NCBI GenBank assembly: GCA_965237415.1
Contig: CBDEFM010000002.1
Coordinates: forward strand, 480,001-544,000
Source: Alphaproteobacteria bacterium
Lineage (GTDB): Bacteria > Pseudomonadota > Alphaproteobacteria > UBA828
Direction: 5' to 3'
DNA: 64,000 bases
Positions within the stretch are counted from its first letter, which is position 1, and each line of letters opens with the position of its first letter. A program made the position numbers and the translations under genes. Below the pieces are notes generated by a model. The model searched no databases, was not told the DNA's origin, and saw only the letters and a list, made by a program, of their open reading frames with translations. Shown one piece after another: positions 19,934 to 29,699 of the stretch.

Positions 19934-21310
19934 ATGAACCTTCATCGGATGCTCGCGGATCGCGAACGGGACGGAAAGCCCGTGCGCGTCGGACTGATCG
20001 GCGCCGGCAAGTTCGGCACCATGTTCCTCGCTCAGGCGCGGCGCACCTCTGGTCTCCACGTGATGGCGGTGGCCGATCTCGAACCTGCCCGGGCCGAGGC
20101 TGCGCTGACGCGCGCCGGCTGGCAGGAGGATGAGCGCCGTACGCGCTCTTTCGCCGCGGCGCTGAAGAGCGGCGGCACCCACATTTGCGACGATGCGTTT
20201 GCGCTGATCGCGGCTGACGGCCTGGACGTCGTGATCGACGCGACCGGCCACCCGGCTGCCGGCATCGCCCACGCCCGTGCGTGCTTCGCCGCCGGGCGCC
20301 ACGTGGTGATGGTCAACGTCGAGGCCGACGCCCTCGCCGGGCCCTTGCTCGCAAAGGAGGCGTCGGAGGCAGGCGTGGTCTATTCGCTCGCCTACGGCGA
20401 CCAGCCGGCGCTGATCGCGGAGATGGTCGACTGGGCGCGCGCGTCGGGCCTGGATGTCGTCGCCGCCGGCAAGGGCACCCGTTATCAGCCGGGCTTCCAT
20501 CATGTCACGCCCGACGACGTCTGGACCCACTACGGGCTGACCCCGGCGGAGGCGGAAGCCGGCGGCATGAACCCGCAGATGTTCAACTCCTTCCTCGACG
20601 GCACCAAGTCGGCGATCGAGATGACCGCCGTCGCCAACGCCACGGGGCTCACACCGGCGCCGGAGGGGCTCAGCTTCCCGCCCTGCGGGGTCGACGACTT
20701 GCCGACAGTGCTCAGGCCGCGTGAGGATGGTGGCACCCTGCACCACAAGGGCCAGGTCGAGGTGATCGCGAGCGAGGCACGGGACGGCAGCGTGCTCAAC
20801 GGGCATCTGCGTTGGGGGGTGTATGCCGTGTTCGAGGCCGGCACCGACTATGTCGCCAATTGCTTCCGCGAGTACGGGCTCTGCACCGATTCCACGGGGC
20901 GCTACGCGTCGATGTACAAGCCTTATCACCTGATCGGGCTGGAACTCGGTATCTCGGTGGCCTCCGTCGCGCTGCGTGGCGAGCCGACCGGCGCGCCCAC
21001 CGGGTTCCGCGCCGATGCGGTCGCTTGCGCCAAGGCGCATCTGCAGGCCGGCACGCGGCTCGATGGGGAAGGGGGCTACACCGTCTACGGCCGGCTGATG
21101 CCGGCGGCGGCGAGCCTCGCCGGCGGCCATCTCCCCATCGGCCTTGCCCACGGTGTCAGGCTCACGCGTGCCGTCGAGCCCGACACGCCGCTGACCTGGG
21201 CCGATGTGACTGTCGACGAGGACGATGCGGCGGCAGAAGCGATACGCGCTCGACGCGCCATGGAAAAGGCGTTCGCCCCGGAGGAGCCCGCGTCGGCGGC
21301 GATCGCCTGA
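19934..21310 (+). CDS. Homoserine dehydrogenase-like NAD(P)-dependent oxidoreductase with C-terminal SAF domain
   Basis: GLIGAGKFG, NVEADAL, YGDQP, FLDGTKSAIEM, LDGEGGYTV, LPIGLA. Confidence 0.88.
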   Translation: MNLHRMLADRERDGKPVRVGLIGAGKFGTMFLAQARRTSGLHVMAVADLEPARAEAALTRAGWQEDERRTRSFAAALKSGGTHICDDAFALIAADGLDVVIDATGHPAAGIAHARACFAAGRHVVMVNVEADALAGPLLAKEASEAGVVYSLAYGDQPALIAEMVDWARASGLDVVAAGKGTRYQPGFHHVTPDDVWTHYGLTPAEAEAGGMNPQMFNSFLDGTKSAIEMTAVANATGLTPAPEGLSFPPCGVDDLPTVLRPREDGGTLHHKGQVEVIASEARDGSVLNGHLRWGVYAVFEAGTDYVANCFREYGLCTDSTGRYASMYKPYHLIGLELGISVASVALRGEPTGAPTGFRADAVACAKAHLQAGTRLDGEGGYTVYGRLMPAAASLAGGHLPIGLAHGVRLTRAVEPDTPLTWADVTVDEDDAAAEAIRARRAMEKAFAPEEPASAAIA

Positions 21311-21321
21311 GAGAGGAGACC

Positions 21322-22146
21322 ATGCCCAAGCACCTTTCCGCGGAGGCCGTTGAACGCTACGAGCGCGACGGCTTCTACTTCCCAATTCAGGTGATTTCAC
21401 CGGCAGAGGCGCGGGCGATCCGCGCCGATGTCGAGGTTGCCGAGCGGTACTTCGCCAAGCAAGGGGAGCGGATACGGCACCGGCCCCATCTGCTGGTGAC
21501 GGCGCTCGACCGCCTGATCCGCAACGAGACGGTGCTGGACGCAGTCGAGGACCTGATCGGCCCCAACATCCTGTGCTGGACCTCGCTGTTCTTCACCAAG
21601 GACGCGCACGATCCGGCCTTTGTCTCCTGGCACCAGGATTCGACCTACTGGGGCCTCAGTACTGCCGAGGTGGTGACCGCCTGGATCGCGCTCTCGCCCA
21701 GCACGGTCGAGTCGGGGGCCATGCGGTTTGCCCCCAGCACCCACAAGCTGGACCAGATCGCGCACCGCGACACCTTCGACGAGCACAACATGCTCACGCG
21801 TGGCCAAATCGTCGAGCATGAGGTGGACGAGGCCGAGGCGGTCGATGTCGTGCTACAGCCCGGCGAAGCCTCGTTACACCATGTGCGCCTGATTCACGGC
21901 TCCGGTCCCAACAACTCCGACGACCGGCGCATCGGCTTCGCCACCCGCTACATTCCGACCCATGTGCGCAACGTCGTCGGCCGCGACTACGCGGCGCTTG
22001 TGCGCGGGGTCGACGAGTACGGCTACTTCGATAGCGAGCGCCGGCCCGCGCGCGATATGGAGCCCGAGGCGCTGGCCGCTTACGAGGCTGCGAACGCGAG
22101 CCACAACGCGGTGCTTTACGCGGGCGCGGCCCAGATGCGGGGCTAA
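21322..22146 (+). CDS. Phytanoyl-CoA dioxygenase (PhyH) family Fe(II)/2OG dioxygenase
   Basis: WHQD (HxD), TAWIAL, HGSGPN..DDRRIG; GAGGAG RBS. Confidence 0.9.
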   Translation: MPKHLSAEAVERYERDGFYFPIQVISPAEARAIRADVEVAERYFAKQGERIRHRPHLLVTALDRLIRNETVLDAVEDLIGPNILCWTSLFFTKDAHDPAFVSWHQDSTYWGLSTAEVVTAWIALSPSTVESGAMRFAPSTHKLDQIAHRDTFDEHNMLTRGQIVEHEVDEAEAVDVVLQPGEASLHHVRLIHGSGPNNSDDRRIGFATRYIPTHVRNVVGRDYAALVRGVDEYGYFDSERRPARDMEPEALAAYEAANASHNAVLYAGAAQMRG

Positions 22147-22386
22147 GCCCGTCCCTCTCGACGGAGCATGGTGCGGTGCACGGCACGCGGCATCCGAGCC
22201 AAAGTTGCGCTATGGAACGAGAGAGTGCGCGGAGTACGGCAAGTGGCGGAGGCAGGTTGAGGGGGCGAGTGTCGGCGGCGCGGCTGCCGCCTGTCCCGAA
22301 GAATCCCACTTATCCCACTTAATCCCACTTAATCCCGCTAAGGAATTGAGTCTCGGCGGGTTGGTGGGGGGCGAGACGACGGGAGG
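22146..22386. repeat. Degenerate copy of the intergenic element at 33185-33528 (opposite orientation) with decamer tandem array at 22302-22336
   Basis: Shares CATGG.GCGGTGCACGGC, TGTCCCG..GAATCCCA.TTATCCCACTTAATCCCACTTAATCCC and GCGAGACG..CGGG blocks; boundaries approximate. Confidence 0.7.
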
Positions 22387-22463
22387 CGAAGCCGCGCCGC
22401 ATTGCGCTTTGTCGCAGCCTTGGGCATAAACGCGGCGCGGTCGATCGGTGCGAGGCTTCGGTT

Positions 22464-23780
22464 ATGCGGCGTTCACGTTACTTCCTGCCGACCCTGAGAG
22501 AGAACCCGGCCGAGGCGCAGATCGTCTCGCACCGGCTCATGCTGCGCGCCGGCATGATCCGGCAGTCGAGCGCCGGCATTTACAGCTGGCTGCCGCTGGG
22601 CCATCGGGTGCTTCGCAAGATCGAGCAGGTGGTGCGCCAGGAAATGAACGCCGCCGGCTGCCAGGAGATCCTCATGCCGGCGGTGCAGCCGGCCGAGCTT
22701 TGGGAGGAGAGCGGCCGCTACCAGGACTACGGCAAGGAGATGCTGCGCTTCACCGACAGGCACGACCGCCCGATGCTCTTCGGCCCGACCCATGAGGAGG
22801 TCGTGACCGATATCTTCCGGCAGTCGGTGCGCAGCTACCGCGACCTGCCGCAGAACCTCTACCAGATCCAGTGGAAGTTTCGCGACGAGCTGCGCCCGCG
22901 CTTCGGGATCATGCGCGGACGCGAGTTCTACATGAAGGACAACTACTCCTTCGACATCGACCATGCGGCTGCCGTGCGCTCCTACAACAAGATGTTCGTC
23001 GCCTATCTACGCACCTTCGCCCGGCTCGGGCTTACATCGATCCCGATGCAGGCGGAGAGCGGGGCCATCGGCGGCGACTACAGCCACGAGTTCATCGTGC
23101 TGGCGGCTACGGGCGAGAGCGCCGTCTATTGCGACCGCGCCTGGCTCGATACCGACCCGCTGGCAATGGGAATCGATTACGAGGCCGACCTTCAGCCGAT
23201 CGTCGATGAATGGACCCGGCTCTACGCCGCCACCGACGACAAACACGACCCCGCCGCTTGTCCGGTGCCCGAGGACGCGCTCTATCAGGGCCGCGGGATC
23301 GAGGTCGGCCACATCTTCTACTTCGGCACCAAGTACTCGAAGGCCATGGGCGCCACGGTGACCGATCCGGACGGCGCCGAGGTCGCGGTCGAGATGGGCT
23401 CTTACGGGATCGGCGTCTCCCGCCTCGCGGGCGCCATCATCGAGGCGAGCCACGACGAGGCGGGCATCATCTGGCCGGAGGTTGCGGCGCCCTTCAAGGT
23501 GGGCCTCATCAACCTGCGTGTCGGCGATCCGGCGTGCGACGAGGCGTGCGACTCGCTCTATGAGCGTCTTATCCAAGCAGGCGTCGAGGTCCTCTACGAC
23601 GACCGGGACGAACGCGCGGGCGTCAAGTTCGCGGAGATGGAGCTGATCGGGCTGCCCTGGCAGGTCGCGATCGGCCCGCGCGGCGTCAAGTCGGGCACGG
23701 CGGAGTTGAAGGCGCGGGCCGGCGGCGAGGCCGAAGCGCTCTCCTTCGAGTCGGTCTCCGCACGTCTGATCGGGGACTAG
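22464..23780 (+). CDS. proS: Proline--tRNA ligase (short alphaproteobacterial type)
   Basis: [43 protein letters not shown]. Confidence 0.97.
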   Translation: MRRSRYFLPTLRENPAEAQIVSHRLMLRAGMIRQSSAGIYSWLPLGHRVLRKIEQVVRQEMNAAGCQEILMPAVQPAELWEESGRYQDYGKEMLRFTDRHDRPMLFGPTHEEVVTDIFRQSVRSYRDLPQNLYQIQWKFRDELRPRFGIMRGREFYMKDNYSFDIDHAAAVRSYNKMFVAYLRTFARLGLTSIPMQAESGAIGGDYSHEFIVLAATGESAVYCDRAWLDTDPLAMGIDYEADLQPIVDEWTRLYAATDDKHDPAACPVPEDALYQGRGIEVGHIFYFGTKYSKAMGATVTDPDGAEVAVEMGSYGIGVSRLAGAIIEASHDEAGIIWPEVAAPFKVGLINLRVGDPACDEACDSLYERLIQAGVEVLYDDRDERAGVKFAEMELIGLPWQVAIGPRGVKSGTAELKARAGGEAEALSFESVSARLIGD

Positions 23781-23792
23781 CGGCCCCCGCAC

Positions 23793-25037
23793 ATGTTCTC
23801 GGCTTTCGAACGCCTCGTCGCGTTTCGCTATCTGCGCGCCCGCCGACAGGAAGGCCTCGTCTCGGTCATCGCGGCGTTTTCGCTCATCGGCATTTTCCTC
23901 GGCGTCGCCACGCTCATCATTGTCATGTCGGTGATGAACGGATTTCGCGAGGAGTTGCTTGCCCGCATTCTCGGGCTCAACGGCCACATGACGGTCTACT
24001 CCTTTCAGGACGGCTTTACCGATTTCGATCCGCTCACGGCTCGCATCAAGGCGGTGGATGGCGTCGTCACCGTCTCGCCCACCGTCACGGGACAGGTGAT
24101 CGCGGCAGCGCACGGCAAGGCCACCTTCGGCCAAGTGCGCGGTGTGCGCGACAGCTACCTGGAGGCGCGGCCGCTGCTGACCCAGAACATCGTCGCGGGC
24201 CGGCTCGAAGACTTTATCGCCGGCGACGGGGTCCTGATCGGCGACCGCATGGCGCGCAGGCTCGGCGTAGGAGTCGGCGATTCCATAACGCTGCTCTCGC
24301 CGGAAGGTCGATCGACGCTAATGGGTACGGTGCCGCGCTCGCGCGCCTACTCTGTGGTGGCGACGTTCGACATCGGCATGTTCGAGTACGACTCCACGTA
24401 CGTCTTCATGCCGCTTGACCTCGCCCAGGTCTACTTCAGGAAACAAGGTGAGGTCACCGCCATCGAGCTGACGGTCGCCGATCCCGATCGCATACGGGAG
24501 GTCGAGGCCGGTGTGAAGGGGGTCATCGGCAACCTGGGGTGGATCGTCGACTGGCGGCGGGCCAATGCGCAGTTCGTCAACGCGCTTGAGGTCGAGCGCA
24601 ACGTCATGTTCGTGATCCTGACCTTGATCGTGCTGGTGGCCGCCTTCAACATCATCGCCGGGTTGATCATGGTCGTGAAGGACAAGGGCCGCGACATCGC
24701 CATCTTGCGGACGATGGGGGCGACGCGCGGGCAGATCTTGCGAATCTTTTTCATGAACGGCGCGGCGATCGGGTTGGCAGGCACCGTTCTCGGCGTTGCG
24801 GGCGGTATCGCCTTCGCCGCCAACATCGACAGCATCCGGGTGTGGCTCGAGAGCATGACCGACACTGCGCTGTTCCCGGCCGAGATCCGCTTCCTCTCGC
24901 AGCTCCCGTCGCGGATCGATCCGGTCGAGGTGGTGATCGTGGCGGCAATGGCGATCGGACTCTCGTTCCTGGCGACGATTTACCCCGCCTGGCGGGCTGC
25001 GCGGCTCGATCCGGTGGAGGCGCTGCGCTATGAGTAG
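23793..25037 (+). CDS. lolE: Lipoprotein-releasing ABC transporter permease LolC/E
   Basis: AFRYLRARR, VMSVMNGF, AAFNII, ILRTMGA, LDPVEALRYE. Confidence 0.93.
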   Translation: MFSAFERLVAFRYLRARRQEGLVSVIAAFSLIGIFLGVATLIIVMSVMNGFREELLARILGLNGHMTVYSFQDGFTDFDPLTARIKAVDGVVTVSPTVTGQVIAAAHGKATFGQVRGVRDSYLEARPLLTQNIVAGRLEDFIAGDGVLIGDRMARRLGVGVGDSITLLSPEGRSTLMGTVPRSRAYSVVATFDIGMFEYDSTYVFMPLDLAQVYFRKQGEVTAIELTVADPDRIREVEAGVKGVIGNLGWIVDWRRANAQFVNALEVERNVMFVILTLIVLVAAFNIIAGLIMVVKDKGRDIAILRTMGATRGQILRIFFMNGAAIGLAGTVLGVAGGIAFAANIDSIRVWLESMTDTALFPAEIRFLSQLPSRIDPVEVVIVAAMAIGLSFLATIYPAWRAARLDPVEALRYE

Positions 25038-25713
25038 CGCGCCTACTCTCGAGCTCCGCCAGGTGGTGCAGACCTTCTATCAGGCTGGAAACGCGATCGA
25101 GGTGCTGAAGGGTGCCTCACTCTCGGTCTTGCCTGGGGAGATGGTCGCCTTGGTCGGGCCATCGGGGGCGGGCAAGTCGACGCTGCTCCAGATCGCCGGG
25201 CTGCTGGAGCGCCCGCGCGCCGGCGAGGTTGCCATCGCGGGCGAGCGCTGCGAGCGATTGCCGGACCGGCGCAGGACCAGGCTACGCCGCGAGCGGCTCG
25301 GCTTCATCTATCAGTTCCATCACCTGCTGGCCGAGTTCTCGGCGCTGGAGAACGTGGTCCTGCCGCAGATGATCGCGGGTCGCTCCAGGCGTGTGGCGCG
25401 AGAACGGGCGCGCGAGCTGCTGGCCCGTCTCGGGCTCGATGCGCGCGAGAGCCACCGGCCTTCACGCCTCTCAGGCGGCGAGCAACAGCGCGTCGCCATC
25501 GCGCGCGCTATTGCCAACGCGCCGACCGTGCTGCTCGCAGACGAGCCCACCGGCAACCTTGACCACGAAACGGCGGACTCGGTGTTTGCATCGCTGCTCG
25601 ATATCGTCCGCACGACCGGGCTCGCCGCGCTCGTTGCCACACACAACATGCCCCTTGCAGAGCGCATGGACAGGCGCCTTGCGCTTGAGAACGGCGTTCT
25701 CGTCTCGCTTTGA
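25030..25713 (+). CDS. lolD: Lipoprotein-releasing ABC transporter ATP-binding protein
   Basis: GPSGAGKST, GFIYQFHHLL, LSGGEQQR, LADEPTGNLD. Confidence 0.93.
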   Translation: MSSAPTLELRQVVQTFYQAGNAIEVLKGASLSVLPGEMVALVGPSGAGKSTLLQIAGLLERPRAGEVAIAGERCERLPDRRRTRLRRERLGFIYQFHHLLAEFSALENVVLPQMIAGRSRRVARERARELLARLGLDARESHRPSRLSGGEQQRVAIARAIANAPTVLLADEPTGNLDHETADSVFASLLDIVRTTGLAALVATHNMPLAERMDRRLALENGVLVSL

Positions 25714-25732
25714 ATGTCCCAGGCATGAGCAG

Positions 25733-26458
25733 ATGAGCCCCGACCCGTCAGCTCCGCCCGTGCTGCTCGTGACGCACGTTACGGCCATCGATGCGGGCGC
25801 AGTCCCGGATCTGCTCGCCGGCCTGGGGCGGCGGTCCTGCATCATCAGGGCAAACAAGGGGGAGCCGTTTCCGGAGGACGTCGAAACGCTCGGAGGTGTC
25901 GTCAGCTTTGGCGGGCCGCAGAGCGCCAACGACGATCACGTCGACTACGTCCGGGCGGAGTTGGACTGGATACCCCGCGTGATGGCGGCCGGTGTGCCGC
26001 TGCTCGGCATTTGCCTCGGAAGCCAGATGGTGGCACGCACCCTCGGCGCCACGGTAGGCCCCGACCCGAACGGGCTTTATGAGTTTGGCTACTACCCGAT
26101 CGAGCCGCTCGACGGCGCAGCCCAAGACCTGGCCCTCGACGCGACGCTCAACGTGGCGCACCGCCACGGCGAGGCGTTCACGATGCCTGCCGGCGCCCGC
26201 CGGCTTGCACGGCGCGATGTGTTCGAGAATCAAGCCTTCCGCTATGGGGCGACGACCTGGGCTCTGCAATTCCATCCAGAGGTCAACGACGCTGTGCTGG
26301 CGCGCTGGGTCGACAGCGACCCACCCGCCGAGGACTTGAGGCGGACCGGCGCGCAGACGCCGGCGGAACAGCGCGCAAACCATGCTCGCTATCACGCGAC
26401 CGTGCATGAGTGGCTCGGGCGATTCCTTGCGCTCTGGCTCGCCAGCGCGGAGCAATGA
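25733..26458 (+). CDS. Class I glutamine amidotransferase-like protein
   Basis: GGPQSAND, LGICLGSQ, QFHPE (Cys-His-Glu triad). Confidence 0.88.
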   Translation: MSPDPSAPPVLLVTHVTAIDAGAVPDLLAGLGRRSCIIRANKGEPFPEDVETLGGVVSFGGPQSANDDHVDYVRAELDWIPRVMAAGVPLLGICLGSQMVARTLGATVGPDPNGLYEFGYYPIEPLDGAAQDLALDATLNVAHRHGEAFTMPAGARRLARRDVFENQAFRYGATTWALQFHPEVNDAVLARWVDSDPPAEDLRRTGAQTPAEQRANHARYHATVHEWLGRFLALWLASAEQ

Positions 26459-26492
26459 CAGCGGCGCGGACCTGAGGAGACGGAACGGCACG

Positions 26493-27086
26493 ATGGTCAA
26501 CAGCCTGATCGTCGGCATTACCGGCGCGAGCGGCGCCGTCTACGGCGTGCGCCTGCTCGAAGTGCTGAGTGAGACCCCGGTCGAGACGCATCTCGTCGTC
26601 AGCAAGTGGGGCCAGCGGACGCTGGAGCACGAGACCGGCAAGAAGCTCGACGATCTTCGTGCGCTCGCGGATCATCACTACGGGGCAGGGGACATGGCCG
26701 CCCTGATGTCGTCGGGCTCGGCTGCGATCGACGGCATGGCGATCGCGCCCTGCTCGGCACGAAGCCTTGCGGCGATCGCCTGTGGGCTCAGCGAAAACCT
26801 GATCCACCGCGCGGCCGACGTCATGATCAAGGAGCGTCGACCGCTCGTCCTCCTGGTCCGTGAGACGCCGCTCAGCGCCATCCACCTCGAGAACATGCTC
26901 AAGCTGGCGCGGCTCGGCGTGACGATCTTTCCTCCCGTTCCGGCGTTCTACAACGAGCCTGGATCGATCGATGAGATCGTCGACTACACCGTGGTCAGGG
27001 CGTTGGACCAGTTCGGCCTGAAGGTCGACCTGGGCGAGCGCTGGCGTGGCGGGCTCACCCGCCGCGTAGCATCGTCGGAGCATTAA
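26493..27086 (+). CDS. ubiX: Flavin prenyltransferase UbiX
   Basis: GITGASG, SSGS, APCS, RAADV.IKERR, RETPL, PAFY. Confidence 0.93.
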   Translation: MVNSLIVGITGASGAVYGVRLLEVLSETPVETHLVVSKWGQRTLEHETGKKLDDLRALADHHYGAGDMAALMSSGSAAIDGMAIAPCSARSLAAIACGLSENLIHRAADVMIKERRPLVLLVRETPLSAIHLENMLKLARLGVTIFPPVPAFYNEPGSIDEIVDYTVVRALDQFGLKVDLGERWRGGLTRRVASSEH

Positions 27087-27110
27087 GGCTGAATCGGGCC
27101 GGCCCTCGAA

Positions 27111-27779
27111 CTAGAACGTGTGCGCCGCCGCGATTGCGATTGCGCGTTCGATATCGGCGATCGCGCCGGCCATCTCGCGGCCGATCAGGTCCATCTTGCG
27201 GAGCTGCTCGATGCGCCGCTCAGCACGATCGATTTCCCTCTTCGAGAAGATCGTCGGCAGGATGTTGCAGCTGTCGACGAGGCAGATAAGCGCCACGTCT
27301 CTGGGGTCGGGAATGTCTTCCGTGAACAGCACATCCGCGATGCGCTTCTTCGCCTCCTGCTCGACCTTGCCGTCGATGGTCGGGTAGCGGCGGGAGCGAA
27401 AGACCCACAGGAACTTCTCTTCCCGCCGCTCCAGAACGCCACGCTCTACGAGCTTGTCGAGCGCGGTCGCCCGAATTGTCACCGCGTGCCGTGCCGATGC
27501 CTCCTCGGCAGACAGCGTCTCGATCCACGTTCTGCTGTTGGCGGTGGCTTTCTCACTCGCGATCCGCGCCAGGGTGCGGTCGAGCAGAGCATCGCCCGTC
27601 GGGGTGGAATCGATCACCACCAGCCGCTCGGGGTCGGTATCGATCCGGTTGGCCAATGCGAGGTCCATGAGGACCGCGCCCGTGAGCGCACGGTTGAGGG
27701 TATGCTCGCTGACCGGCAGGAAGGTGCCGTTCTCGTCATGGAGAAGGAGCACCATGATCTCTTCGTAGAATGTCAGCAT
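27111..27779 (-). CDS. GPP34 / GOLPH3-like protein
   Basis: LT..EEI.LLL, GAVLMDLAL..RI, PTGD.LLD, LVERGVL...KFLWVF...RYP, PDPRD pattern. Confidence 0.8.
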   Translation of the reverse strand: MLTFYEEIMVLLLHDENGTFLPVSEHTLNRALTGAVLMDLALANRIDTDPERLVVIDSTPTGDALLDRTLARIASEKATANSRTWIETLSAEEASARHAVTIRATALDKLVERGVLERREEKFLWVFRSRRYPTIDGKVEQEAKKRIADVLFTEDIPDPRDVALICLVDSCNILPTIFSKREIDRAERRIEQLRKMDLIGREMAGAIADIERAIAIAAAHTF

Positions 27780-27831
27780 GAAACCGATTCCCGAGGTCAG
27801 GGGCAGGGTCGGAGGCTGTGGGAGCGGCGTC

Positions 27832-28167
27832 TCAAGCGACTGCGGCGAGCGCAGCCTCGTTCGTTTCGTGGCACTCGATGATCGACAGGAAACCGCTCAT
27901 TTTCATGACCGACCGACACTCGGGTTGCAGGGCTGCGATGGCCAGCTTCCCACCCCCTTGCTGGCATTGTCTGGCGCTGATGAGCAAGACACGCAGGCCA
28001 GCGCTGCTGACATAGGCCATCTGGCCACACTCCAGCACCACGCGCACGTCGCCACGCTCGACGATCGCGGCAATCCTGGCCTCCAGGTCCGGCCCGCTGA
28101 CTCCGTCAAGCCTACCGTTCAGGGAGACGACGACTGCCGTTCCCTCTGTCCGTTCCTCGATCTCCAT
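27832..28167 (-). CDS. STAS-domain anti-sigma factor antagonist
   Basis: GRLD, YVSSAGLRVLL (phosphoacceptor Ser), MSGF. Confidence 0.88.
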   Translation of the reverse strand: MEIEERTEGTAVVVSLNGRLDGVSGPDLEARIAAIVERGDVRVVLECGQMAYVSSAGLRVLLISARQCQQGGGKLAIAALQPECRSVMKMSGFLSIIECHETNEAALAAVA

Positions 28168-28253
28168 CGCGGCCTCGCCTTCCGCTTTGGGGCCTCCCGC
28201 GCTCGTCCGCGGGCGCGGCCACCATACGCCGTTCGCATTGCTTTCTGCAATGG

Positions 28254-29486
28254 TTACGGGCCACCGCCGTCGCGCCAAAGTCGCGGCCAGCGGAGGCCGA
28301 GCAGGAAGGCGGCGACCAGACCCTCCGCCGCGACGATGCGCACCGCGTTGGCACCGCCGAAGAGCTCGCCCATGAGGCCAATATTGGTGAAGCCGATCAC
28401 GCCCGCGCCGATCGTGAGGGAGAGGATTCCGAGCAGGCGGCCCCGCATCTCCGGTGGCGCGATCCCGTAGATCAGCGTGGTCTGCATGGTCGAAAACCCG
28501 GCCGCGCCCAAACCGGCCATGAAGATGACCACGGCCATCGGCGCGGTTTCCGTCATCCAGCCGACGACGAAGGCGAACGCGGAGTAGCTGGCGGTTCCGA
28601 AGAAGTAGAGGCGTCGGTACCATCCCGGCCGTGGGCCGAAGGTGGCGATCAGCAGCGCGCCGGCGAAGGCGCCGCCGCCTTCCAGCGCGGCGAGGCCGCC
28701 GATGGCGGCAGCGCTCAGGCCAAGCTTCTCCGTGCCGATGACCGGGATCATCGAGACGAAGGGGAAGCCCCAAATGTTGAAGATCACCGTGACGTACAGG
28801 ATGCGACGGACCTCCGCTTCCCGGGCCAGGTATCGGAAGCCATCGCCGAATTCGCCCAGGAGCCTCGCGGAGCGCTGGCCGACGCCAGAGGCGAGGAACG
28901 CCTTGGGCACTCCCGGCGTTATGATCAGACAAATCGCGTAGAGGCCCGCCGCCAGGCCGAAGGCCCCGCCGAGGCCGAGCCACTGGTAGAGCAACCCGCC
29001 GAAGAGCGGGCCGATCAAGCGCGTCGCATTGCTCGTGGCGCTGTCCAGGCTCATGCCGGCGGCGATCCGCTCGGGCCCGGCGACATCGCCGATCAGACGC
29101 CGCCTGACCGGCATGTCCGTGGTCCAAACGACGCCGGAGAGGAAGGTCGCAAGCGCTATGTGCCAATAGGCGACCATGCCCGAGAGCGCGAGGCCGAGAA
29201 CGACGAGCGAGACCAGCGTCGCCGTTACGAGCGAGGCGTAAAGCAGGAAGCGCGGCGCCACGCGGTCGGCGAAAGTGCCGACGAAGGAGCCGAACACGGC
29301 GAGCGGCAGCATGCGCAGGATGACGAGCAACGCCACCAGCACCGGCGATCCCGTCGTCTCAAACGCGAAGATGCCCACCACCAGCATCTCCAGCCAGCGG
29401 GAGCCCATGCTGAAGAGGCCGATGAGCCAAAGGCGCAAAAAGTGGGGATTGCCCAGAAGCTCGGTCAACCGGCGCGGCAGGATCAT
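28254..29486 (-). CDS. MFS transporter
   Basis: About 12 TM segments; GTFADR, RLIGPLFGG, PEMRGR motifs. Confidence 0.88.
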   Translation of the reverse strand: MILPRRLTELLGNPHFLRLWLIGLFSMGSRWLEMLVVGIFAFETTGSPVLVALLVILRMLPLAVFGSFVGTFADRVAPRFLLYASLVTATLVSLVVLGLALSGMVAYWHIALATFLSGVVWTTDMPVRRRLIGDVAGPERIAAGMSLDSATSNATRLIGPLFGGLLYQWLGLGGAFGLAAGLYAICLIITPGVPKAFLASGVGQRSARLLGEFGDGFRYLAREAEVRRILYVTVIFNIWGFPFVSMIPVIGTEKLGLSAAAIGGLAALEGGGAFAGALLIATFGPRPGWYRRLYFFGTASYSAFAFVVGWMTETAPMAVVIFMAGLGAAGFSTMQTTLIYGIAPPEMRGRLLGILSLTIGAGVIGFTNIGLMGELFGGANAVRIVAAEGLVAAFLLGLRWPRLWRDGGGP

Positions 29487-29699
29487 CGATGGCGGCTCAA
29501 GTCACGCGATGCTGTCGAGAGGGCAGAGAGCAGGACGGAGGCCGGGGCAGACTGCGGGTGGCACGGCTCCGAGGGTGCCGGCACGGCGCCACTATGGCAC
29601 GAACCGGCAGGAATCCCGGCTCATCAAATTGGTGTCGGCGCGGTCCCTGCGGCGCGCTATGGTGCTTTGGTAGCCGTCGGCGAGCAGATGAGGTGTGCG

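Noticed and set aside
21962-22429. Small ORFs sharing ESHLSHLIPLNP (also 33183-33476)
   Set aside because: The shared peptide is only the translation of the DNA decamer array; starts, lengths and flanks are not conserved
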